IMG/VR virus record: IMGVR_UViG_3300042673_000070
Location: 1 to 63,046 of that record
DNA from: a virus
Lineage: Duplodnaviria > Caudoviricetes
Reading direction: 5' to 3' (one strand)
DNA: 63,046 bases
Shown here piece after piece: positions 1 through 9,101 of the stretch. The notes under the pieces are model-generated. The model saw only the letters and a program-made list of their open reading frames with translations, was not told the origin of the DNA and did not search any database. How positions within the stretch are numbered: position 1 is the stretch's first letter; each line of letters begins with the position of its first letter. Both the position numbers and the translations under genes were made by a program.

Positions 1-42
1 CGGCAGGAGCTCTTTGAGTAATTGTGCACGTGAAATAGCCAT
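1..42 (-). CDS. Major capsid protein, N-terminal fragment (truncated by window edge)
   Basis: Reverse strand reads AGGAG-8nt-ATG then MAISRAQLLKELLP, an N-terminus I recognise from Mu gpT-like capsid proteins of aquatic phages. It follows the portal/scaffold module and is not in the ORF track. Confidence 0.8.
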   Translation of the reverse strand, partial: MAISRAQLLKELLP

Positions 43-57
43 GTTTCAGAACTCCTA

Positions 58-717
58 TTACAGGCCGACCGGGTTGTTATAAGCGTGGCCGCCCGTGATC
101 ACGCCCGAGTCAACGTGGGGAGCGTTGAACTTGACGATGACTTCAGGGTAGTAGACCGTTCCGCTTACATCAAACGCAGTGTCTTCGACCACATCAACGA
201 TACGAATCGGCAACGAAGCCGTCACAGCAGCCGAACCAACGAGGAGACCCTGTTGTGAGTCGCCAGTCGTCGTATTCAACGTGTTTGCCACGAGCGGAAC
301 GTTCAAACCGATATCCGAGTAGGTGAAGCCCGTCGAGGTCGAAACCACGAGCGAAGCCGTCACACCAACAGCCTTGAACAGGGTGTCCGGATCATCAGCC
401 ACGTACGCAACGATGTACGTACCAGCCTTGACCGAAGTGCCCGAAATCCAAGCCTGCGAGTAGGTCGGTTGACCAGTCACAGAGGAAACGAACGTGCAGC
501 CCAAGAACACACCAGCAAAGCCAGTGACAGGGGCCGTCGATGTTTCCGTGGTTACTGCTACGGTGCCGTCGTTGGCAAACTTCAGCGGGTCGCCGTAGCC
601 GATGCTAGAAGCACCAGAAGCGATACGACGCTGACGAGTTGCCCCGGCGAACACCTGCCCACCGATCAGATTGATCGGCTTCAAGCCATACGGCTTGCTA
701 ACGGTAGGATAAGCCAT
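58..717 (-). CDS. Capsid-associated (decoration/minor capsid) protein, putative
   Basis: 219 aa beta-rich protein directly upstream of the capsid gene; GGAG RBS. Confidence 0.55.
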   Translation of the reverse strand: MAYPTVSKPYGLKPINLIGGQVFAGATRQRRIASGASSIGYGDPLKFANDGTVAVTTETSTAPVTGFAGVFLGCTFVSSVTGQPTYSQAWISGTSVKAGTYIVAYVADDPDTLFKAVGVTASLVVSTSTGFTYSDIGLNVPLVANTLNTTTGDSQQGLLVGSAAVTASLPIRIVDVVEDTAFDVSGTVYYPEVIVKFNAPHVDSGVITGGHAYNNPVGL

Positions 718-738
718 TTGTTACTCCAAAAAAGAAAG

Positions 739-1188
739 TTATTTACCCTTACCAAACGAGGTACTGGACTTGCGTTCATTGAACAGCGGCATCCGTTCGT
801 CGTTCAGTCTCATAAAGTTATTGTCTACGGACTGGATCTGAGCCTTTGCTTGCTGGGCGTAATAGTCATCACGCTGCTTCATTAGCTCTTCCGGTGCCTT
901 ACACAACAACAAACCTCCGATTTCGATGTTCCCTTTAAATTTGGAATTCGGATCGGAGTGGTGCATCAGTTCCGGATGATCTTCGGCCTTTACAGGCTCC
1001 CAACCTTCACGAAACTTTGCGGAGGTATTCGATGGGTCAGCAGTACCCATGATACTAGTCCGGATATATCGAAAGACCCAACCCGGCTGCGGATTTGGTG
1101 CCGGTAGCGTCTGAGGTGGGGTCCAAGTTTTTGTGCGCTGCGCGGATTCTCGACTTTCGAGTTCACGTGCGAGTCTGTTCTCAGCCAT
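739..1188 (-). CDS. Conserved head-module hypothetical protein
   Basis: 149 aa, in operon between scaffold and capsid genes; GGAGG RBS. Confidence 0.7.
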   Translation of the reverse strand: MAENRLARELESRESAQRTKTWTPPQTLPAPNPQPGWVFRYIRTSIMGTADPSNTSAKFREGWEPVKAEDHPELMHHSDPNSKFKGNIEIGGLLLCKAPEELMKQRDDYYAQQAKAQIQSVDNNFMRLNDERMPLFNERKSSTSFGKGK

Positions 1189-1189
1189 T

Positions 1190-2155
1190 TTAGTTAGCCT
1201 CCAATTTCATCAATTCACGGGCATATTGCTCATTACTCAGTCCCAGCTTTTTGGCTAGGGCTACCTGAGTCGGCGTCAGACGTATCTGACGAGGGCCTGA
1301 TGACCGTGTGACCGGTGCAACCACATTGGCTGGTTTTGTGCGAGCAGGCTTTTCTTCCTGCTTCGTTTGAGGTCGTTCTTCCTCAGCGGTTTCAAACGCC
1401 TCCGGAAATCGTTTCCTCATCGTCGTGTTAACTCGGTCGTAGTACTCGTCGCTACGCGGATCGATTCCAGACCGGACCAGTTTTTCGTGCAGTCCCAAAG
1501 CAAGGGCGGTCATCTCCTCGTCGGTGCCAAACCACGGATTTTTATCCTTCCACGCCTCGGCTTTCGGGTCGATAGCGGGTTGAGGTGCCGGGGGCACTTG
1601 GTACTGTTCGGCTTGTTGTACTCCCGATTCTTCGTCTTGTAAAGAGGGTCGGAAGTTTTCGTACTGTTTAATTTTAAACTTAGCTTCGGTCAAAGCTTCT
1701 TGGGCGTCGGTAATCTTCTCCGCATCCCCAGCCTCGTACGCCTGCTTCAAACGTTCCTTGGCTACAACCAGATCATTACTGGCAGCCTTGGTGACTTCTT
1801 GGAAGTACGCCTTCTCACCATTACCGAGGCGCTGCTTTAACTGACGAATCTCCTGTTCCCGCAACTGGGCAAACCGGAATGCCTCCTCGCGCTCCCGTAG
1901 GGCGCGTTCTTTCTCACGACGCTCGTCGTGCCAGACCTTTTTCATCTGGGAGAGGCGCTTCTTGACCTTCTCGGAATACTCCTCAAGGTCGTCGTTATCA
2001 AGCTCGTTCACTACCTCTTTTGGTAGCGGCTTGCGGCCTCGGTCTTCTGGCGGGGTATCGTCCTCAACCTGAATCTCAAGTTCAGGCTCCTTTTCAACCG
2101 GCGTCTCCTGCGCTACTTCGTCAGGAAACTTGAATTCTTCTTTCTCAATAGCCAT
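1190..2155 (-). CDS. Capsid scaffolding protein, putative
   Basis: 321 aa, acidic, coiled-coil, short helical C-terminus; lies between portal and capsid genes. Confidence 0.65.
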   Translation of the reverse strand: MAIEKEEFKFPDEVAQETPVEKEPELEIQVEDDTPPEDRGRKPLPKEVVNELDNDDLEEYSEKVKKRLSQMKKVWHDERREKERALREREEAFRFAQLREQEIRQLKQRLGNGEKAYFQEVTKAASNDLVVAKERLKQAYEAGDAEKITDAQEALTEAKFKIKQYENFRPSLQDEESGVQQAEQYQVPPAPQPAIDPKAEAWKDKNPWFGTDEEMTALALGLHEKLVRSGIDPRSDEYYDRVNTTMRKRFPEAFETAEEERPQTKQEEKPARTKPANVVAPVTRSSGPRQIRLTPTQVALAKKLGLSNEQYARELMKLEAN

Positions 2156-2165
2156 TGATTACTCC

Positions 2166-2543
2166 TTATGCGCGACGAATTCCACGGGGGTCATCGACCA
2201 CCGCTTCAACGTTGTCGTCGTTAATGATGCGGAACTCACGACCGTGGATGACCACGCGAGTACCTGTGTACGGACGGGTGAGGACAAAATCGCCTTCCTT
2301 ACACCACGGCCCAGTGGGGAACCGAGCCTCGTCCTTGTAGCAAAGATCACCCAACTTGATGACAAACAAGACCACAGTGGTCTGCTCTTCAACTCGCTTG
2401 GTGTCGTCTGCTTTGATGATGCCCCCATCAAACTCCTCTTCAACGTGCGGGACTGCACAGAGGATTCGGTAGCCACGGGGTTCTGGCAGCAGTTTGGCTT
2501 TCTCGGCTTCCTGCTGTGTCTTCTCAACGTCGATGTTGCTCAT
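2166..2543 (-). CDS. groES: GroES-like co-chaperonin
   Basis: PEPRGYRIL...GGII...CKEGDFVL..YTGT...GREFRIINDDNVEAVV follows the Cpn10 pattern. Start taken at MSNIDVEK, overlapping the upstream stop. Confidence 0.8.
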   Translation of the reverse strand: MSNIDVEKTQQEAEKAKLLPEPRGYRILCAVPHVEEEFDGGIIKADDTKRVEEQTTVVLFVIKLGDLCYKDEARFPTGPWCKEGDFVLTRPYTGTRVVIHGREFRIINDDNVEAVVDDPRGIRRA

Positions 2544-2728
2544 TCTTCTTCCATCCTTTTTGCAAGGTCTTTGATATAGCCAGTTGCGAGGTCGAGACCC
2601 TGTAACGCCCCGCATAGCCTTTTGTACTCACCTTCATCCAATTTGCCTTGAATGATGCTTTCCACGATCAATGTGCGCTCGTCTTGGAGTTTTGAATCCA
2701 AGTATTCCAGAGCGTTTGAATAGCTCAC
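2540..2728 (-). CDS. Small hypothetical protein
   Basis: 62 aa, GTG start with GAGGAG RBS, fills the gap between portal and GroES. Confidence 0.7.
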   Translation of the reverse strand: MSYSNALEYLDSKLQDERTLIVESIIQGKLDEGEYKRLCGALQGLDLATGYIKDLAKRMEEE

Positions 2729-2731
2729 AAA

Positions 2732-5290
2732 TTACTCCTCTGTTTGCGGTTGATTTCTCCGATTCTGATCCATCTGGGCACGCTGCATTGCTGTAGCGTC
2801 CTGCGCTTTGCCAATCTCCAGTCCGAGTCGGACACCTTCCATCTGCTGCTTGGCTGAGAGGGCGGCCTTGTCTTTCTGGATATCCACGCCAAGTCGGGCA
2901 GCTTCAAGCTGCTGACGGCCAGAGATTTCGGCTTTGCGAAGCTCCAACTCGTCCGCTTTGGCAGCGGCGTCCATGACATCTTTCTGCTGTTTGCGCTGGA
3001 TCTCGGCTTGCTGCATCTGGGCTTCGATCTGCATCTGCTGCGCTTTCGTTTGCGCCTGAAGTTGCTTGATCTGCAAGTCCATCATCTGCATCTGAACCAG
3101 CGGGTCTTGTGCCTGCTGCGCGGCTTGCTGCATCTGCGCTTCGGCCTGATCCTTCTGGAGGACCCGTGCGGCAGCGGCTGCTGCCAACTGCGACAACTGC
3201 GCCTCGAACTCAGGCGGCAGGTCGTATTCTTCTCGGTCGTCTTGCGGAAGCGGAGGCAAGGCTGCGCCAAGCTGCTTCTCGATCTCGCGGCGGTACTGGA
3301 ACGCTACGTGCTCCATGATGTGGGCTTGCAGCGACGCCGTAATCTGCTGAGCCATCGGGTTTTGGCCGATCTGCTGAGCAATCTTTGGATCTTGGCCGAG
3401 TGCCATGTGAACGGCAATGTGGGCCTCGTGGTCCTGATACATAAACGCTTTGACGGGTTTGCCCGTCATCACATCCATGTTCTCGGTGATTGGATCGCGG
3501 GGTTTGGCATCTCCAGCCAACGGAATAATGCGATCCGCATTCTTCACACCCAACGTCTCGATCATCTGACGATGCAGATATGGGAGATCATAGAGTTGCG
3601 GAGCCGTTTGGCTAAGCTGGAGTACCGCTTGGTACTGCACAACCTTCTGCGACATTGTTGACGCATTCGGATCACTGACCGGAATGACATCCACATCGTC
3701 GTAGTCAGCCTTCTTCGCTTTGCGGGAACCAATCTCTGGCTCGTAGCTGTACTCGTCCGGAGTGTTGTCTCGGATAATGCCTGCGAGAAGCTTGAACTCC
3801 TGCTTCATCGCGTAGTACACGCGAGCCTGCACCGCAGTCATAACCTTGAGCACACGCTCCAACACGGCAAGCGTCGTACCGACCGGAGCCTGCGACGACA
3901 TGTCGCTGATCTTTAGATCCGACACCGCAGCGAAACGGCGTCCTTCCTCGACCACTCGGTCCATCAACTGCGCGAGGGTCTGGCTCGGCTCTTTGTACGG
4001 CAGGGGCAGGATGTTGTCGCGGATCGCGCCTGACGGGATATCTACGTCTCGGAATTCACCCGGAGCGATTGGAGTATCGTCTCCTTTAATTCGTAGTCCT
4101 CTAGACTTGAGTCCACCGGGGAGATTACTGAGGGTTCCTGCGTCGATAAGTTGGCGAAGGAGCGAGGTTGCAGCTTTACTGTGTCCCCCGATAAGGTGAA
4201 TAAGTCCGAAGTAGTAAAATCCAAATCCCGGTATGTATCCGTAGTGGACAAAGTGCTGTCGTCGGGCTTTGAGTTTGTCGTCTTCGCGCCAGTTACGTCG
4301 AATGGCGAGTACGGTACCCGTCCCTTTCTCAATGGTGACGACATAGGGGAGCGCGATCCCCGTCTCGTGGTTGTCTTTATCGACATCTGGATACCCCGGC
4401 AGGTCAATGTTAACGTGCATCTCCAGCAACTGGAACCGGTCGTCCATGCTGGCTGAGAACCCTTGGTCCTCGGCCTTCTGCTTCTCCACTTCGTCCATGA
4501 CGCGCATGGGTTCACCCAAGTCCACGTCACGATAAAACCCTGCGTACTGAAGTCGCTTCAACTCATTCTTTGTCTTACGCATCCGGTGCGTAACACGATC
4601 CGAAGTCTCCAAGTTAGCCGCGCCATACGGCACGATGATGTCTTCGGCTGGGATATAAATGGCAGTCTGACGATCCAACGCTGGATCGAAGTACACTTTC
4701 TTGAACGCATTACCCGCCAGAGCCAACGAGAGCAGGAGCCGCTCATGCTCGGGGCGATACTCCTTCATCACTTCGGTCAACTGGTAGTTCATGTCATCAG
4801 AGACACGCACCGCCGAGTCACGCTTCTCTGGAGTTTCCTTGCCAATGATCTTGGCTTTGACCGGTCCCATCGCCGGGAAGGTCTCCATAATCGTTTCAGA
4901 TTGGAACTTGACCGCGCTCTCCATGAGCAAGGGGTGGAACACCCCGCAGGCACCCGGCCACGGCTCGGTTCTCTCTTCATACCGGATACCGAGGATCTTT
5001 AAACCTTTAATGTAGGTGTCCAGCCAGTCTTTGCGGCTGGAGAGATCTTGCTCGTAGTTACCGATGAGTTCTGATGCGAGGAGTTGAAGCTCGTTCTCAT
5101 TCATGAACTCGGCAAGGTTGGCGTCAAAGTCTTCAGCACGAGGCTCGGCTTTGGACATCTCAATCATCATGCCATCCATACCGATGGCTACGCTCTCCGA
5201 GTCCTCGATCATGATCTCAATCGGCGCTTCTTCAGCAGCGAGAGATTCCAAGCCCAGCGGAGCCTGCATTAAACTTTTATCGACGGCCAT
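2732..5290 (-). CDS. Portal protein
   Basis: 852 aa directly after TerL; EPWPGACGVFHPLL segment and long Gln-rich helical C-terminus as in P22-like barrel portals. Confidence 0.85.
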   Translation of the reverse strand: MAVDKSLMQAPLGLESLAAEEAPIEIMIEDSESVAIGMDGMMIEMSKAEPRAEDFDANLAEFMNENELQLLASELIGNYEQDLSSRKDWLDTYIKGLKILGIRYEERTEPWPGACGVFHPLLMESAVKFQSETIMETFPAMGPVKAKIIGKETPEKRDSAVRVSDDMNYQLTEVMKEYRPEHERLLLSLALAGNAFKKVYFDPALDRQTAIYIPAEDIIVPYGAANLETSDRVTHRMRKTKNELKRLQYAGFYRDVDLGEPMRVMDEVEKQKAEDQGFSASMDDRFQLLEMHVNIDLPGYPDVDKDNHETGIALPYVVTIEKGTGTVLAIRRNWREDDKLKARRQHFVHYGYIPGFGFYYFGLIHLIGGHSKAATSLLRQLIDAGTLSNLPGGLKSRGLRIKGDDTPIAPGEFRDVDIPSGAIRDNILPLPYKEPSQTLAQLMDRVVEEGRRFAAVSDLKISDMSSQAPVGTTLAVLERVLKVMTAVQARVYYAMKQEFKLLAGIIRDNTPDEYSYEPEIGSRKAKKADYDDVDVIPVSDPNASTMSQKVVQYQAVLQLSQTAPQLYDLPYLHRQMIETLGVKNADRIIPLAGDAKPRDPITENMDVMTGKPVKAFMYQDHEAHIAVHMALGQDPKIAQQIGQNPMAQQITASLQAHIMEHVAFQYRREIEKQLGAALPPLPQDDREEYDLPPEFEAQLSQLAAAAAARVLQKDQAEAQMQQAAQQAQDPLVQMQMMDLQIKQLQAQTKAQQMQIEAQMQQAEIQRKQQKDVMDAAAKADELELRKAEISGRQQLEAARLGVDIQKDKAALSAKQQMEGVRLGLEIGKAQDATAMQRAQMDQNRRNQPQTEE

Positions 5291-5300
5291 CTAAATTCTC

Positions 5301-6815
5301 CTAGTAATAGCCTTCGCTTCGGCGTTTGAAGTAACGCTCAGGTTCCGGCTCATCGCTAGCCAAACGTAAAAACCCACCCTGTCTGTACCGTAGCAGGGCT
5401 TGAGTCATAGAGTCTACCAAGTCATCGTGTTCGCCTGACGGGAAACTTGCCACTTCCTCAACCAACTCTTCGGCCCAGTGGGTGTTGGGTACCCATACCC
5501 TACCCGATGCAAAGATGTCCGCCACGGCGTTTAGTCGTGCGATCTTGTCGTTGCCCTTGCTAGGAGTGAACTCCTGCACCGGAATACCCATGGCACGTAA
5601 CTCAAATATCAGAGGACTACCGGCTGCCTTGGCTTCGACGATCAAACTGTCCGGATTCCACTCTTTATACTCATCAAACGCCCGTTCTTTGAGTTCCGGA
5701 AACTCCATTCGGTCCTTGAAAGCGTTCAGGAGGATGATGTTCGACTGCAATTTACCTGTATCGTCCGGGTGTTCGAAGATTCCCCACGTTGTACAGGCTG
5801 AATAGTCAGCACGCTGTGTTTTGAGGAACGCGGTATCCCAAGATTGGATCGTATAACTGCAAAATGGCGGGTGATCCTTCTCCCAAACCTTCCACCACTC
5901 ACGTTTAATGATGGCCGATACGTCAGAAGTCGGTTGCTGCTGGTACTGAGCCATCCATTTGCCGTTCGGAAGCTCCTGACGAAGGGCTTCAAGCTCTTCG
6001 ATCTTCCAAAACTGGGGCCAAAGGGCGTTTCCAGAGGGCAAAATGGCCGGAAATTCGATAACTTCCCACTCTTCACCGCTGCGCTGAGCCGCAGCCTTCA
6101 AAACTTGGCCTGTTAGATCCTTTTTGGACCATCTCGTCATGACTATGACGATGGCTCCGCCCGGTTGCAGACGCTGCCGGGGTCCCGACGTGTACCATTC
6201 GTAGGTTTTGTCGTAAATATCCGAGTTTGTCTCGGCTAATGTGGCTTCTTGTTCCGAGTGAGGGTCGTCAATAATGAGCAGATCCGCGCCTTTACCGGTC
6301 ACGGCACCGCCGATGCCGATTGCGAAGTACTCGCCAGCATAGTTTGTAGCCCACCGGCCTGCTGCTTTTGAGTCTGCTTGCAGGGCTACCTGCGGAAAGA
6401 TGTCTTTATACCGGTCAGAATCGACAAGGTTACGTACCTTTCGGCCAAATCCCACTGCAAGTTCTGCCGTGTGGGACGTTTGAATGATCTTCTTGTCCGG
6501 AAATCTACCCAGAAACCAGCTTGGCAGTAGGTACGAAGCGAACTCTGACTTCGTATGACGAGGTGGCATATTGATAATCAGGCGTTTTGTCTTGCCTTCT
6601 GCCACTCGTTCAAAAGCCTGCGCCATCTTCTCGTGGTGCCGACCATTAATGAAGTTAGGCCACACGTATTTAACGTAGGCCATGAAGTCGTTTTTGGCTT
6701 TTTCCTGCGTTCCAACCTTCCTTGCCTCAGCAAGGAGTTGCCCCACCTTCTGCTGTAGCTCAGGCGGCATAGTCGGAAGCTTAGCTTCCAGATCAAGCAG
6801 CAGCTTCGGATCCAC
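5301..6815 (-). CDS. terL: Terminase large subunit
   Basis: Walker A-like MPPRHTKS, Walker B LLIIDDP, coupling motif VMTRW, nuclease motifs SWDTA and HDDLVD. Confidence 0.95.
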   Translation of the reverse strand: MDPKLLLDLEAKLPTMPPELQQKVGQLLAEARKVGTQEKAKNDFMAYVKYVWPNFINGRHHEKMAQAFERVAEGKTKRLIINMPPRHTKSEFASYLLPSWFLGRFPDKKIIQTSHTAELAVGFGRKVRNLVDSDRYKDIFPQVALQADSKAAGRWATNYAGEYFAIGIGGAVTGKGADLLIIDDPHSEQEATLAETNSDIYDKTYEWYTSGPRQRLQPGGAIVIVMTRWSKKDLTGQVLKAAAQRSGEEWEVIEFPAILPSGNALWPQFWKIEELEALRQELPNGKWMAQYQQQPTSDVSAIIKREWWKVWEKDHPPFCSYTIQSWDTAFLKTQRADYSACTTWGIFEHPDDTGKLQSNIILLNAFKDRMEFPELKERAFDEYKEWNPDSLIVEAKAAGSPLIFELRAMGIPVQEFTPSKGNDKIARLNAVADIFASGRVWVPNTHWAEELVEEVASFPSGEHDDLVDSMTQALLRYRQGGFLRLASDEPEPERYFKRRSEGYY

Positions 6816-7377
6816 TTCCGGTACCTAGTTCTTCGTCCAGATCAATCTCGGCAAGGCTTACTGGCTTGGATTCGGTAACGTCAGTGTATTCACCTTCGTA
6901 CAGTTCCAGCGTTTTACGCAGTTCTGTCTCAATATCTTTAACCGTGCGGTGAGTCACGGTCACATCAATACGGTCTGAGAAGAGTCCAACACCGTTAATT
7001 TTGCCTAGCATTTCCAAGGCTTTTAGCCGGACCTTGGGGTCTGGATCCTGAGTCTCCAGAACGAACTTGTTCGTCACGTAGTTACGCAGTCTGCGATGTA
7101 CGTCCAGCACTTCCTTGTCGTATTCGGACAGGATGGCATTTAGATGTTTGACGGATGCCGGGGTTATATTCTTGGGTGACGGGATACTTTCTTCCAACAT
7201 CATCCCGTGAGACTGGATGCGGTCATCGTCCGTAACCTCAACATCCAGCCCGTTGCGTTCCAACTCCTCGACCGTGTTCAGCATGGCCTCGGCTTTTGCA
7301 CGGAAGTTGTCTAGCTCTTCCGGCGTGGTGTCGAAAGGAAAAGGAATACCAAGTTCCGGTGTTGCAACAACTGGCAT
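6793..7377 (-). CDS. terS: Terminase small subunit, putative
   Basis: 194 aa overlapping the terL start; RLKALEMLGK..VGLFSDRIDV segment typical of TerS. Confidence 0.7.
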   Translation of the reverse strand: MPVVATPELGIPFPFDTTPEELDNFRAKAEAMLNTVEELERNGLDVEVTDDDRIQSHGMMLEESIPSPKNITPASVKHLNAILSEYDKEVLDVHRRLRNYVTNKFVLETQDPDPKVRLKALEMLGKINGVGLFSDRIDVTVTHRTVKDIETELRKTLELYEGEYTDVTESKPVSLAEIDLDEELGTGSGSEAAA

Positions 7378-7384
7378 TGCGCGG

Positions 7385-7412
7385 AGTATACGAACAATCC
7401 TAGAAAATACAA
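7385..7412 (-). promoter_or_regulatory. Sigma70-like promoter for terS
   Basis: TTGTAT-16nt-TATACT, ending 7 nt before the terS ATG. Confidence 0.5.
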
Positions 7413-7630
7413 ATATCTATGCCGGGTGTATGGGACCCAAACAAGTGACGGGGGGTGTTGCTATATGAAGGGGGTGGGGTACGTATCCAGATATTTATAC
7501 AAATGCGTGGCCTACCGGGAAAAAATAAAACGAAGAATCTAACGAGCGGATTATAGAGTACAGAAGATGCGCGGGACTCCGACGCTGGTTTGGGGGGTCG
7601 GGGGGTAGTGGGGTCGAGTCCAGCCCGATT

Positions 7631-7648
7631 TATAAACACGTGTTTATA
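7631..7648. promoter_or_regulatory. Palindromic operator-like site
   Basis: Perfect 18-bp palindrome TATAAACACGTGTTTATA. Confidence 0.7.
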
Positions 7649-7667
7649 CTTTGAAAAGTCAAAATAG

Positions 7668-7696
7668 TTGACATTCTCCCCATGATGTGAGACTAT
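7668..7696 (+). promoter_or_regulatory. Sigma70-like early promoter
   Basis: TTGACA-17nt-GACTAT (perfect -35, weak -10) upstream of the first plus-strand gene. Confidence 0.45.
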
Positions 7697-7752
7697 ATAT
7701 CCACGGTCGAGCAACGGCCGCAACACGTAAAAACATATTGGAGTGTAACGTC

Positions 7753-8292
7753 ATGGCTATTTCGTCAACTGTTAAAAAGACTTCGACCGACGCGATCCAG
7801 TTGGAAGCAAAGACTGGCAAGAAGTGGAAAGAAGCGGGTGAGGCTATCCGCGCCGAGTACGCGAGTGCCGAGGCTTTCACGGCAATCAAAGACGAGTATC
7901 TGGACACGGTTGTCTATCCTGCACTAGGCGATGAAGCGGTACGCATCATGCGCGCCGTGATACCGCGCTCGAATTCGAAAGAGTTTATTGGTGCGAGTGC
8001 GACTCAACAGGCGGAATGGGTTGCAGACGGCAAGGCGAAAATTTCGGTGCGCGGAACTGCAAACAGTCTGTTTGCACGAGTGCGGGACAAATACGCTTTC
8101 CCGAGTGTGGCCGACGACACCGAAACCGAGTCCGAGTCCGAGGGTGCAAACAAGCGCACCGACGACGTAACCTACTGCATGGAGCGCAACACACAATGCG
8201 AGAAGCGGTTGCAGAAGTCCGAGACACCACCGAAAAACATCGCCAAGGTTCTGGCACTCTACGCCGAGATCAATAAACTTCTGGTTGGTTGA
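7753..8292 (+). CDS. Early hypothetical protein
   Basis: ORF 7687-8292; likely start MAISSTVKK at 7753 after GGAG; followed by a terminator. Confidence 0.75.
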   Translation: MAISSTVKKTSTDAIQLEAKTGKKWKEAGEAIRAEYASAEAFTAIKDEYLDTVVYPALGDEAVRIMRAVIPRSNSKEFIGASATQQAEWVADGKAKISVRGTANSLFARVRDKYAFPSVADDTETESESEGANKRTDDVTYCMERNTQCEKRLQKSETPPKNIAKVLALYAEINKLLVG

Positions 8293-8301
8293 TTCGACAC
8301 A

Positions 8302-8332
8302 CCCGACCGGCTCGTGCCGGTCGGGATTTTTT
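8302..8332 (+). terminator. Rho-independent terminator
   Basis: CCCGACCGGC-TCGT-GCCGGTCGGG followed by ATTTTTT. Confidence 0.85.
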
Positions 8333-8380
8333 GTGCCCGAACTATCATGCCTGTAGCAGCGGATCGTCGCGCATCAAGTT

Positions 8381-8396
8381 ATAAACAGATGTTTAT
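8381..8396. promoter_or_regulatory. Palindromic operator-like site
   Basis: ATAAACAGATGTTTAT. Confidence 0.65.
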
Positions 8397-8428
8397 GATT
8401 CGCGTGGCTGGTTTTGGTTGTGCTTCAA

Positions 8429-8454
8429 CCGATAACGTGCTTGCACGTTATCGG
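8429..8454. repeat. Perfect inverted repeat
   Basis: CCGATAACGTGC-TT-GCACGTTATCGG (12-bp arms). Confidence 0.7.
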
Positions 8455-8529
8455 ATTTTCGTAGGCTCCGCAAGGGGTCTAGTGAAAAAAGTACGTACCA
8501 AAAATGCTATGCAATTCTGACCATCAGGA

Positions 8530-8828
8530 GCAGCCAGTGTACTTCGGGAGCAGTATGAGGTACACCAACTAACTGTATGATTTTATTAGAGTTAATAGTC
8601 GTTTTTTATATATAGTGCAGAGAAACACTATTTTTTTATACGTCCCCCAAAATGCTCTCACAACACGTATAAACGCGTTTTATTTTTGTTGGGCATTGTC
8701 GATCTGAAGTTGGCTGGCAGGTCAAAAATCACTGCTTTTTCGGCACTGGGTGACATTTAGCCTCGTAACTTCTTGACTTTTAAGGCTTTTTCTGATACAC
8801 TATTTGCTACACCGTTGGGACTGGCTGC
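8530..8828. other. Non-coding AT-rich region, candidate replication origin
   Basis: Bounded by inverted GCAGCCAGT/ACTGGCTGC; has T-rich tracts, repeated CACT/AGTG words and two IHF-like sites. Confidence 0.35.
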
Positions 8829-8858
8829 ACCCGACACTTTGAATATCACAAAGCAGCC

Positions 8859-8889
8859 TGATTTATAAACACATGTTTATAGGAGTGCA
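8859..8889 (+). repeat. 31-bp direct repeat copy 1 (palindrome + RBS)
   Basis: TGATTTATAAACACATGTTTATAGGAGTGCA, identical to 10079-10109. Confidence 0.85.
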
Positions 8890-8891
8890 TC

Positions 8892-9101
8892 ATGAGCAAT
8901 GAGTTCTGTTGTGTGGTTTGTTCGTCGCCGGTCAATCCACATCGTTGGGAATTGGGATACCACTGGTGCAAACCGTGTGGCGAAGCATCAGCAAAACGTC
9001 AAAAGCACACCATCGTCCCGATGCACAAGAGCAACTACATCGTGGTGACGAACCGCGAGGACTTAAAAGGCATCAACAACAAGGGAGGGTTCTACAGGTG
9101 A
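8892..9101 (+). CDS. Small Cys4 zinc-finger protein
   Basis: CVVC...CKPC motifs, strong RBS. Confidence 0.7.
   Translation: MSNEFCCVVCSSPVNPHRWELGYHWCKPCGEASAKRQKHTIVPMHKSNYIVVTNREDLKGINNKGGFYR

Noticed and set aside
7631-7648. Palindrome as a parS site
   Set aside because: Shares only the central CACGTG in two copies; arms are inverted relative to TGTTTCACGTGAAACA, and no parA/parB was seen.
7400-7726. Minus-strand 108-aa ORF in the divergent gap
   Set aside because: Overlaps promoters, G-tracts and the palindrome; composition does not look like the other proteins.
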